A stretch of DNA of 64,000 nucleotides from assembly GCA_963664945.1 (NCBI GenBank), contig OY761822.1:1135987-1199986 (forward strand), in the 5' to 3' direction. The position numbers were made by a program, and so were the translations under genes. This document shows, in pieces, positions 9,683-17,450 of this stretch. The notes under the pieces were generated by a model. It saw nothing but the letters and a program-made list of their open reading frames with translations. It was not told the DNA's origin and searched no databases. How positions within the stretch are numbered: position 1 is the stretch's first letter; each line of letters opens with the position of its first letter. This stretch comes from Gammaproteobacteria bacterium (lineage in GTDB: Bacteria > Pseudomonadota > Gammaproteobacteria > Steroidobacterales > Rariloculaceae).

Positions 9683-11524
9683 CTATTCCACGACCAGGTG
9701 GCAGTGAACGCAGTTCTGCGTCTGCGACTGGCGGTCGATGACGTGGCCCGAAGCGTCGAAGGGACTCAGTTCCCGGTGGCATTCGCCGCAGTTCTGTTGC
9801 TCTGCGATGACGGCGCGGTGGACCCGCTCGAAGTGCGCGTATCCGGGCCGGGGATTCGCAACCAGTTCCTCAAGCCGATGGCATCCGTCGCAGGACGCTG
9901 ACTCAGCGGGTGACAGTGTGAGCGGCGGCAACCCGGTCTCGATCCTCAGTTCAGGCTGACGCAGCTCCCGAGTCTCGGCGACTTCGCGCAGCAGCGTTCG
10001 GCCGGCAACGCGGCCCGTCAGAATCGCCGGTCCCAGGAAGGTTCCCTCCAGACCTGCGGATCCGTTGACCCCCGCGAACCCCGTCAACTCGCCGGAGGCA
10101 TACAGTCCGGGTATGGGCGTCCCGTCTTCATGGACAACGCGCATCTGCCGGTCGACCATCACCCCGCCCATGCTCTTGCGGGTCATGGGAAAGAACTGGA
10201 TGGCGTAGAAGGGAGGTTGATCGATCCTGGCGAGTGCAACGAGGTCGTCGGCGCTTGCGAAGCGGCCGAAGTCCTCGTCGCGACCCTGATCGACCATCGC
10301 GTTGTAGCGCGCGACCGTGGTTTCGAGCCCGCCGGCATCCTGACCGATCGCCCCGGCCAGCTCGGCGAGGGTCGCCGCCTGCGTGGTCAGCAAGGCATTG
10401 TCGAGGATTTCCTCGCGAATACGCCGAAAATTGTCCCAGCCGCTGCCCGAGACGTAGAAGCGCTCGTTGTCATCGTCGTCGAAGATCGCCCAATAGGTTG
10501 AAGGGCTCTGCGCGACGACGGCCGCCAGCAACACCGTCGGGTCGGCCAGTTCATTGACGAAGCGCTGCCCGTCGGCGTTAACCCAGATCGACACTTCGTT
10601 TCTCGCCGCGAGCGCACGTCCTTCCCCGGGATACTGGGGATGGGGCAATCCCCAGGGATAGTTCCATTGGTGGTCCATGCGGTGAAAACCCGCCTCGACT
10701 TCTCTCGCCAGGTCATGGCCGGAACCCACGGAGTTCAGGCCGGAACCGATGAGCAGTTCGCCGGGTTCGGCCAGATGCGCCGGCCAGAAACGCCTGACCA
10801 TCTCCAGGTTGCTCTGAAAGCCCCCGGTTGCGAGAAGCACGCGCGGCGCACGCAGTTCGTCGGCTTCGCCGCTCCTGGTATTCTCGCCCCGCACGCCCAC
10901 GACGCGCCCCTGTTCGACCAGCAACTCCGTCACCCGGAAGTTCCAGCGGAACGACACATTGGCATGCCGCAACACCTCCCGGTAGATGGGCGTGACCAGT
11001 CCGAGGCCGCGGCCATCGGTGCGGTGAAAACGGCGCACGCTGTTGCCGGGCTGGGGATTCAGGCTGAGCCACCGCACCCCCAGCGATTCCAGCCACTGTC
11101 CCAGTTCGGTCCTGGAGTTCTGAGTGTAATAGTCCACCCAGTAGGGATCGGGATCGTCGCCCCGGTTGAAGAAGTCTTCGGACGCGAGTTCGGGCGTGTC
11201 CTCAATGCCCTGAGCGCGCTGAAAGTCGGAATCGATGACGGCGACACCGCCGCCGGACATCACCGCATGTCCGCCGAATACGGACCAGACGTCGACAAAC
11301 TGGACTTCCAAGCCGCCGCGAGCGGCTTCCAGTGCCGCGGAGAGCCCCGATATGCCGGCGCCCACGACGATGACGTCGGGATCCTGATGTGTTTGCGAGT
11401 GTGCGGGTGAGCCCGTGCCCAATGATCCGACGCCGATCAACGCAATGATCGCGGCGCGGGTCACGGAGAAGTGAGCGGCACCCGGCGATTTGTTCGCCGC
11501 TGCGCCGCCCCGCACCCGGAGCAA
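9683..11524 (-). CDS. Periplasmic flavocytochrome c: FAD-dependent (fumarate-reductase/KstD-like) oxidoreductase with a C-terminal tri-haem domain
   Basis: N-terminal signal-like segment, then the dinucleotide fold DVIVVGAGISGLSAALEAA and a flavoprotein body. The C-terminal ~75 aa carry three CxxCH motifs (CDGCH, CGECH, CVHCH). Confidence 0.8.
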   Translation of the reverse strand: MLRVRGGAAANKSPGAAHFSVTRAAIIALIGVGSLGTGSPAHSQTHQDPDVIVVGAGISGLSAALEAARGGLEVQFVDVWSVFGGHAVMSGGGVAVIDSDFQRAQGIEDTPELASEDFFNRGDDPDPYWVDYYTQNSRTELGQWLESLGVRWLSLNPQPGNSVRRFHRTDGRGLGLVTPIYREVLRHANVSFRWNFRVTELLVEQGRVVGVRGENTRSGEADELRAPRVLLATGGFQSNLEMVRRFWPAHLAEPGELLIGSGLNSVGSGHDLAREVEAGFHRMDHQWNYPWGLPHPQYPGEGRALAARNEVSIWVNADGQRFVNELADPTVLLAAVVAQSPSTYWAIFDDDDNERFYVSGSGWDNFRRIREEILDNALLTTQAATLAELAGAIGQDAGGLETTVARYNAMVDQGRDEDFGRFASADDLVALARIDQPPFYAIQFFPMTRKSMGGVMVDRQMRVVHEDGTPIPGLYASGELTGFAGVNGSAGLEGTFLGPAILTGRVAGRTLLREVAETRELRQPELRIETGLPPLTLSPAESASCDGCHRLEELVANPRPGYAHFERVHRAVIAEQQNCGECHRELSPFDASGHVIDRQSQTQNCVHCHLVVE

Positions 11525-11580
11525 GCGATCGTCATGCGGCTGCGAGCCCTTGGCTATTGGTTATCCCCGACGAGTGGCTG

Positions 11581-12333
11581 CTATTCACCTTGGGCCAATG
11601 GCTGTTGGACGCTCTCGGCCAGCGCTTCCAGCTTTGCGATGAGTTCGTCAGGCGCCAGGTAGCCGCCAAGTTGAACGCCGTCTTCTGTGAGTATGGTGGG
11701 CGTTCCGCGCACACTCACCTGGCGGCCCAGATCAAAGTGCGAGGCAACGGGGGTCGCGTCGCAGGATTGTTCAGGCAACGTGTCCTGAAGAATCGCTTCC
11801 GTGAAGGCGACCTGGCGGTCTGCGTCGCACCAGACCTTGTCGGCCTTGTCCCAGGAATCCGAGTCCGGCCCCGTTCTCGGGTAGGACAGGTAGCGGACCT
11901 CGACGCCCAGCGCGTTGATCTGGTCCATTTCCCGATGCAACTGGCGGCAGAAGCCGCAGTCGATGTCGGTGAACACGGTCACCGTGTGCCGTGCATCTAC
12001 CGAATCCGGGCTGAACACGATCATGGATTCGGGATCGACGCTGGCGAGGATGTCCGCCCGGGCCCGGGCGCGGCGCCGCTCGGTCAGGTTGCGCCTGTCC
12101 TGAAGGTCGAAGACATCGCCCTGGATCAGGAAGCTGCCGTCCCTTGAGATGTACACGACGTCGGAGTCGAGGACGATTTCGTACATGCCGGGGAGGGGCG
12201 AGTCATGGATGTCCTGTGCCTCGACGCCAGGCAGCGTCAAAGCCAGCTCTTCCCTGGTCAGCTCACCGTCCTGGGCGCTGGCGGACGCTACAAACATGAA
12301 CGGCGCCAGACAGAGTGTCCACTTCGGATTCAT
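11581..12333 (-). CDS. dsbC: Thiol:disulfide interchange protein DsbC
   Basis: 250 aa with a signal peptide, dimerisation domain and thioredoxin fold carrying TDIDCGFCRQLH (CxxC). Confidence 0.9.
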   Translation of the reverse strand: MNPKWTLCLAPFMFVASASAQDGELTREELALTLPGVEAQDIHDSPLPGMYEIVLDSDVVYISRDGSFLIQGDVFDLQDRRNLTERRRARARADILASVDPESMIVFSPDSVDARHTVTVFTDIDCGFCRQLHREMDQINALGVEVRYLSYPRTGPDSDSWDKADKVWCDADRQVAFTEAILQDTLPEQSCDATPVASHFDLGRQVSVRGTPTILTEDGVQLGGYLAPDELIAKLEALAESVQQPLAQGE

Positions 12334-12367
12334 TGCTCGTCCCTAGTCGGACCCTAAAGAAGGGATA

Positions 12368-12444
12368 GTAGCACCTGGGCGCCTGCGGCGCAGGCGAAGG
12401 GCTTGTCCGAGTGGCGCGGGCGGCTTTGGTAGCACCTGGGCGCC
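12368..12444. repeat. Two copies of a 16-nt direct repeat GTAGCACCTGGGCGCC upstream of dsbC, at the left edge of the low-GC islet
   Basis: Copies at 12368..12383 and 12429..12444. Copy 1 is followed by the palindrome CGCCTGC-GGC-GCAGGCG. Copy 2 is followed by cgaggctc-gaaga-cgaggctc. Confidence 0.6.
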
Positions 12445-12570
12445 CGAGGCTCGAAGACGAGGCTCTGATTTCAGGGTCGCTGGGCCTTTTGTCGACTTGA
12501 AAGCCGATGATTTGTTTTACCAGGACCGGATTAGTGCGGGGATGTAGTGACATAACTGGCAAACTAGATT

Positions 12571-13449
12571 CTACGGAAATTCAAACCCGAAGGATTCTGA
12601 ATCCGGGTCAATCGTTAATATCCCATTCTTCAATAGATCAATACCTATAATATTTCTTGTATAGTCGGATATTAGAACTGGAAAATCCTTAACTAGCACA
12701 TCACCAAACGAAAATGAAGGTACGATAGCGTGGGCAACTCGAACATTGCTTATTCCGTCGACCGTAATGCGAACACGATCCGAAAAAACGAGGTTCGATA
12801 GATCACCCAAAGCTCTTTCTGCTAAATCCATGGAAATCTGCGTTTGAAGCCCTCCAGAATCAATAATGAACTTATCGACAATACCATTGACATTCACTTC
12901 GGCATAGAGATATTGTTGAACAATTTCTAATGGATGCATGTTGATATTCTCTATAGAGAAACGACCATACGAAATAAAATTGTCTTTGAACGAAATTGAG
13001 TAGCGGTTACCATTAAAAAACCCTCCACCCACAATACCGTCAACTTCTCGCTGCACGATTTCTGAAGCAAGAACGGTATCCAATACAAAAAATACGCTTT
13101 CCCGCGTCCGCAACTTGCCGACACTGAATTGCCCCGGTCGGACTACGTCTATTTCCGTCTCACCACCATCAGGATTCTGGAATTTTGCTGCGGATACATC
13201 CAAATTGTATCGTTGAACAAAATCCTTTGATATGGCTGGCAAGCTACTGCCAGTGTCGACAAGCAAGTTGACGTTTCGTCCGTTAATGCGGCCTTCGACC
13301 CAATAGCTAGGATTCTCGTCATGAAAATCATGACGGTACATCGGAATCACAATGTGCGATGTGCATGATGAAAGGACCGACACTGAAGCTACAAGCAGTG
13401 CGATATGTCTGATCCATAACGGCGAATGGCCAATGCTGTTAGCTATCAT
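12571..13449 (-). CDS. Retropepsin-like (clan AA) aspartic protease lipoprotein with two catalytic-type motifs in one chain
   Basis: Low-GC gene. Start moved to MIANSIGHSPLWIRHIALLVASVSVLSSC (lipobox LSSC). Motifs are LLVDTGSS in the N-terminal half and FIIDSGG in the C-terminal half, giving a pseudo-dimeric layout. Confidence 0.7.
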   Translation of the reverse strand: MIANSIGHSPLWIRHIALLVASVSVLSSCTSHIVIPMYRHDFHDENPSYWVEGRINGRNVNLLVDTGSSLPAISKDFVQRYNLDVSAAKFQNPDGGETEIDVVRPGQFSVGKLRTRESVFFVLDTVLASEIVQREVDGIVGGGFFNGNRYSISFKDNFISYGRFSIENINMHPLEIVQQYLYAEVNVNGIVDKFIIDSGGLQTQISMDLAERALGDLSNLVFSDRVRITVDGISNVRVAHAIVPSFSFGDVLVKDFPVLISDYTRNIIGIDLLKNGILTIDPDSESFGFEFP

Positions 13450-13549
13450 ATGGTTCCAATAAGTTGTAGGTATAATCGTGTTCTGGGTGCGTTTGAACAG
13501 TAACGAAAAATGCAGCCCAAAACGTAGGCTAAACCGACTTATCTTGATG

Positions 13550-14203
13550 TCACCGAAAATCAACAGCTTGGATAGTAAGTGTCTTGGAAGTTGCGGGTGA
13601 TGTTACTTCAGCTACTGGAAACCCGTTAATCAATTCGTATACTCGCACATTCAAGTGTTCACCAGATCTAGCGTCCGTTATAATCTGGACAGTAGGTAAA
13701 GTCATTTTGAACGCTAGAGGCGCACCCTGCTCTTTCATCCTCTTGATCGCCCAACTGTAGACTTCGTCTGGGTTGCTCAGAGACTGTATAGTTCCAGATA
13801 CATGCCAATTTGTTTCCAGTCCATCCACAACGAATCCGTAATCATCAAGTACATTCAAAACACCGAATGTTTTTTCTTGAACAATGATTGCTTTATGGCC
13901 ATCTATCTGATAAACAAAGTCAAGAGAGAGGCCAGTTCGTACACGTTGGTATGCATCTGAAGAACTACTCCCGTGTGCCGATCTAGTGCTTCTTAGTGTA
14001 TAACTCGGAGGACAATCCCTCTCAGTAGGCGCAACACTTCCATCGGAACAAAATACTCCTTCGACAATTATTCCATATGTGCAATTGCCAAATTGATCTG
14101 GTACACAACCTAACCTAACGTATGAACACATCGATCCCATCATTAGGGCGCAAATAGAAACAAGTGAAAAGCGTTACACGATAGCATTGAAGCTGTTCAT
14201 CAT
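13550..14203 (-). pseudogene. Cys-rich hypothetical secreted protein; reading frame from the SD-preceded ATG 14203 is broken by an in-frame TAA at codon 10 (alternative: shorter CDS 13550..14143)
   Basis: Minus strand reads gagggagaatATGATGAACAGCTTCAATGCTATCGTGTAACGCTTTTCACTTGTTTCTATTTGCGCCCTAATGATGGGA.., which translates as MMNSFNAIV*RFSLVSICALMMGSMCSYV.. The signal-peptide-like segment spans the stop at 14174..14176. The ATG at 14143 has no SD. No family recognised. Confidence 0.5.
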
Positions 14204-14429
14204 ATTCTCCCTCATATGTTCGAAATATTGCGAAGACGTACATAGCCCATTAGCATAGACTTCGATGGAAGTCAAAGTTGCAGTTGGCAGCCTAGTGGAC
14301 GAATGCTACGCTGGATCGTCACATTGGGGGCGAATGGGGATCTGTTCCCCCGTTACCCTCCGGTAACGGGCAATGAACGGCGGAAACAGACACACCAGTC
14401 GTGAATTCCCGGGCCACGTCGGACGGTCG

Positions 14430-14499
14430 GCCGGTCGATCAGCCGTTTTCGGCGGGGCGGCCTTCCGCCCCATGCAGCAGAGCTTTCGCCGCGGGCTGC
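14430..14499 (+). repeat. Copy 1 of a ~70-nt repeated leader element containing the hairpin GGGGCGG-CCTT-CCGCCCC (partner at 48577..48645)
   Basis: gccggtcgatcagccgttttcggcggggcggccttccgccccATGcagcagagctttcgccgcgggctgc. It ends in the first codons of the DUF6152-like gene. Confidence 0.7.
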
Positions 14500-15545
14500 A
14501 GGGCTTTAGCCACGGGCTGAAGGGCTTCCGCAACGGACTGCTGGGCTTTGGCATATGGATGCTCGTGGGCTTCCCTGCGGCAGGCGCCTTCGCCCACCAC
14601 AGCTTTGCACCGCACTTCGACCCCGACGATACGCTGAGCATCACCGGCGTCATCACCGAGTTCGAGCCCCGCAACCCTCACGTCTACCTGCACATCAAGG
14701 GAACCGAGGGCGGAGGCGCGCCGCAGGCGTATGTGTGCGAATCCGCCGGTATTTCCTCATTGGAACGCAACGGGCTGACCCGCGACATGTTCGCCGTGGG
14801 AGCCAGCGTTCGCATCGATGGCGTCCGTGGCCGGCGCGACCCGAACTTCTGCTTCTTCCGGACCGTTCACCTGGCGGACGGCAGGACGTTGAACACCGGA
14901 GGAAACGGTGGCGACGGCGACGCTCCCGCCGCGCTTCCGAGCCGGGATTCCATCGAAGGCACATGGTTCATCATCCCCGCAGGAAGGACCAGCAGCGGGC
15001 CGTGGGAAATGATCAACTACCTGACCCCGGAGGGCGAGGCAGCGGTGGCCGCGTACGATCCTTTCCGCGACGACCCGACGCTGCGCTGCAGCCCGGTCGG
15101 CATACGCAGGGTCTGGTCGTCGCCGAGCACCCCGCTGAATATCCAGCGGGAGGGCGACACGGTCATCATCCACCACGAGTGGATGGACACCGTTCGCACG
15201 GTCCATCTCTACGCCGAACCGCCGGCGGACGTGGCGCCGTCGACATTGGGTTATTCCGTTGGGCGATTCGAGGACGGCGTTCTGGTGGTGGAGACGGCGA
15301 ATTTCGCACCCGGCGTGCTTCGCCAGTATGTGGAGGAAGAAGGCCAGCCGACCCGGGGACTGCTTCACTCCGAGGAACTGAGAGTCGTCGAGCGCATCAG
15401 TTTCGATCCTGATACACAGACGCTCAACGTGCTCATCGAACGTACGGACCCAAGGTTCTTCACCATCGAGTTTCCGCCGATATCCATCGATTACGCACCC
15501 TCCAGCCTGGAAATCGCACAATACGGTTGCGTACCGGAAGTCTGA
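14472..15545 (+). CDS. Secreted DUF6152-like protein, long form (paralogue 2 of 4), Tat-like signal peptide
   Basis: MQQSFRRGLQGFSHGLKGFRNGLLGFGIWMLVGFPAAGAFA|HHSFAPHFDPDDTLSITGVITEFEPRNPHVYLHI.. The start is uncertain (14373, 14472 or 14559); 14472 gives an SFRR Tat-like n-region. The signal contains a 3 x 21-nt tandem repeat (GLxGFxx). Confidence 0.7.
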   Translation: MQQSFRRGLQGFSHGLKGFRNGLLGFGIWMLVGFPAAGAFAHHSFAPHFDPDDTLSITGVITEFEPRNPHVYLHIKGTEGGGAPQAYVCESAGISSLERNGLTRDMFAVGASVRIDGVRGRRDPNFCFFRTVHLADGRTLNTGGNGGDGDAPAALPSRDSIEGTWFIIPAGRTSSGPWEMINYLTPEGEAAVAAYDPFRDDPTLRCSPVGIRRVWSSPSTPLNIQREGDTVIIHHEWMDTVRTVHLYAEPPADVAPSTLGYSVGRFEDGVLVVETANFAPGVLRQYVEEEGQPTRGLLHSEELRVVERISFDPDTQTLNVLIERTDPRFFTIEFPPISIDYAPSSLEIAQYGCVPEV

Positions 15546-15609
15546 CGCGCGGGTTTCGTCAGAACAGAAAGATGGCGCCGAGCCATGTCAGGCCAACGGC
15601 GGCTTCGCT

Positions 15610-16533
15610 TCAACCTCTCGGATGGTGCCTGGCGTGAAGCTCCTTCATGCGCTCTCGCGCCACGTGTGTGTAGATCTGGGTGGTCGAGACATCGCTGTGG
15701 CCCAGCAGCAGTTGTACCACGCGCAGATCCGCGCCGTGGTTGAGGAGGTGGGTGGCGAAGGCGTGCCGAACCGTGTGCGGGGAGAGCTTCTTCGAGATAC
15801 CCGCGTGGCCGGCGTGGCGCTTGATCAGGTACCAGAACGCCTGGCGCGTCATGGGTCCGCCGCGGCGCGTGGGGAACAGAAACTCGGTCTGACGCCCGCG
15901 GAGGATCTCCGCCCGCGGGCCCAGGACGAATTTCTCCAGCCAGTCCTGCGCTTCGTCGCCCAGGGGAATCAGCCGCTCCCTGTCACCCTTGCCGATGATC
16001 CTCAACACCCCCTGGTTCAGGTTCACCTGGGACAGTTTCAGACCAACCAGTTCGGACACCCGCACGCCCGTGGCGTACAGCAACTCCAGCATCGTGCGGT
16101 CACGGTGGCCCAGGGGTTGGGCGACATCGGGTGCGCCGAGCAGGGCCTCCACGTCCGCCTCGGTGAGCGAATGCGGAAGGCGCTGTCCGACCCTCGGCAT
16201 GTCGATCTGCGCGGTGGGATCCACCCTGATCGCGCCCTCTCTCAGCAGGTACCGGTAGAAGCGCCTGAAAGTGGAAAGCTGACGCGCGGTTGAACGCGGT
16301 TTCGCACCCGTGCTCACACGCCACGCCAGGTATTCAAGCAGATCGGCCTCGGCCGCGTTCATCAGGCTGGTTCCATGCTCGACGAAGTGCCTGTTGAGGG
16401 CGAGAAGATCGGAGCAGTAGGCGCGCAGCGTATTTTCCGAAAGGCCGCGCTCGGCCCAGATTCCGTCCAGGAACCAGTCGATGGCCGCCGCCGGATCCGC
16501 GAAACGGTCGGTCGTCATGGAATGGCCTGCCAT
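15610..16533 (-). CDS. xerD: Site-specific tyrosine recombinase XerD
   Basis: IDWFLDGIWAERGLSENTLRAYCSDLLAL.. N-terminal SAM-like domain, and a catalytic C-terminus with ..HTVRHAFATHLLNHGADLRVVQLLLGHSDVSTTQIYTHV. Start set at MAGHSMTTDRF (16533 or 16518), giving ~300 aa. The 373-aa track ORF over-extends. Confidence 0.9.
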   Translation of the reverse strand: MAGHSMTTDRFADPAAAIDWFLDGIWAERGLSENTLRAYCSDLLALNRHFVEHGTSLMNAAEADLLEYLAWRVSTGAKPRSTARQLSTFRRFYRYLLREGAIRVDPTAQIDMPRVGQRLPHSLTEADVEALLGAPDVAQPLGHRDRTMLELLYATGVRVSELVGLKLSQVNLNQGVLRIIGKGDRERLIPLGDEAQDWLEKFVLGPRAEILRGRQTEFLFPTRRGGPMTRQAFWYLIKRHAGHAGISKKLSPHTVRHAFATHLLNHGADLRVVQLLLGHSDVSTTQIYTHVARERMKELHARHHPRG

Positions 16534-16562
16534 GGCAGGCGGTAATATAAACTGACAGCGTT

Positions 16563-16622
16563 CCGGTGTGCCTGCCGGTGTGCCTGCCGGTGTGCCAGCC
16601 AGCGTGCCAGCCGGTGTGCCGG
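16563..16622. repeat. 5 x 12-bp tandem repeat (CCGGTGTGCCTG consensus) in the xerD / acyltransferase divergent intergenic region
   Basis: ccggtgtgcctg ccggtgtgcctg ccggtgtgccag ccagcgtgccag ccggtgtgccgg, read directly. Confidence 0.9.
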
Positions 16623-16688
16623 GTGCGAATTGCTCATGGCCATTGCGGTCCCAGCTTGCCATAGCGACGGTTCCGCGGAAACGAATTA

Positions 16689-17450
16689 ATGCTATGTTCA
16701 GCCTCCGTGACTCTCCGGAATCTGAAATCAATGCTGGCGCGGGCGGTTTACGGCCCCTACGTGTGGCTGATGCTGGCGGCCGCGGTGATCCCGACGCTGG
16801 CGCTGCTTCTGGTCACGCCGACGCTCGGCGCACGGCGGCATGTTGCTCACCGGGGCGCCCGGGTCTTCTTTCTGCTCATCGGCAGCCCCATCCGGATCGA
16901 AGGCGCCGGCAATCTTCCGGACGAACCCTGCGTCGTGGTCGCCAATCATGCCAGTTACCTGGACGGGATCATCCTCAAGGCCGCTTTGCCACCGCAATTC
17001 ACCTTCCTGATCAAGGCTGAAATGACGTCCGTACCGCTGGCGGGTTTCCTCCTGAAACGCATCGGTTCCGCATTTGTGAAACGCGGGGAGACCTCTCACC
17101 GGCTCAGGACGGGGCGCCGCCTGCTCAAGGGCGCCATGCAGGGTGAATCGCTGGCATTTTTCCCCGAGGGCACCTTCGACGGCAACCCGGGATTGAAGCC
17201 CTTTCGTCCGGGGGCTTTTGCTGCGGCGTGGCGGGCCGGATTGCCCGTCGTACCCATTGTCATCAGCGGTTCCCGGCACATGCTGCCCGCGCAAGTCTGG
17301 CTGTGCGCGCCGGCGCGAATATCCATTACGATATGCGAACCTGTCGATTCCGGAGTCCTCGAATCGGCTTCGGAATTGTCAGCGGTCAGCCGCACCCGAA
17401 TGCTCGAATATCTTGGGGAGCCCGACCTTCAGAAGGTAGACTCGAGATGA
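16689..17450 (+). CDS. Lysophospholipid (1-acyl-sn-glycerol-3-phosphate) acyltransferase family protein
   Basis: NHASYLD (HX4D block) and FFPEGTFDG blocks with an N-terminal TM segment. The start may be 16689 or 16731. The stop overlaps the next gene's start (ATGA at 17447..17450). Confidence 0.8.
   Translation: MLCSASVTLRNLKSMLARAVYGPYVWLMLAAAVIPTLALLLVTPTLGARRHVAHRGARVFFLLIGSPIRIEGAGNLPDEPCVVVANHASYLDGIILKAALPPQFTFLIKAEMTSVPLAGFLLKRIGSAFVKRGETSHRLRTGRRLLKGAMQGESLAFFPEGTFDGNPGLKPFRPGAFAAAWRAGLPVVPIVISGSRHMLPAQVWLCAPARISITICEPVDSGVLESASELSAVSRTRMLEYLGEPDLQKVDSR

Noticed and set aside
16534-16731. 66-codon N-terminal extension of XerD containing (AGTP)n
   Set aside because: XerD proteins are about 300 aa and the conserved N-terminus starts at ..TTDRFADPAAAIDWFLD. 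The extension is created by the 12-bp tandem repeat and would overlap the divergent acyltransferase start region. It is kept only as a remote possibility in the repeat finding.
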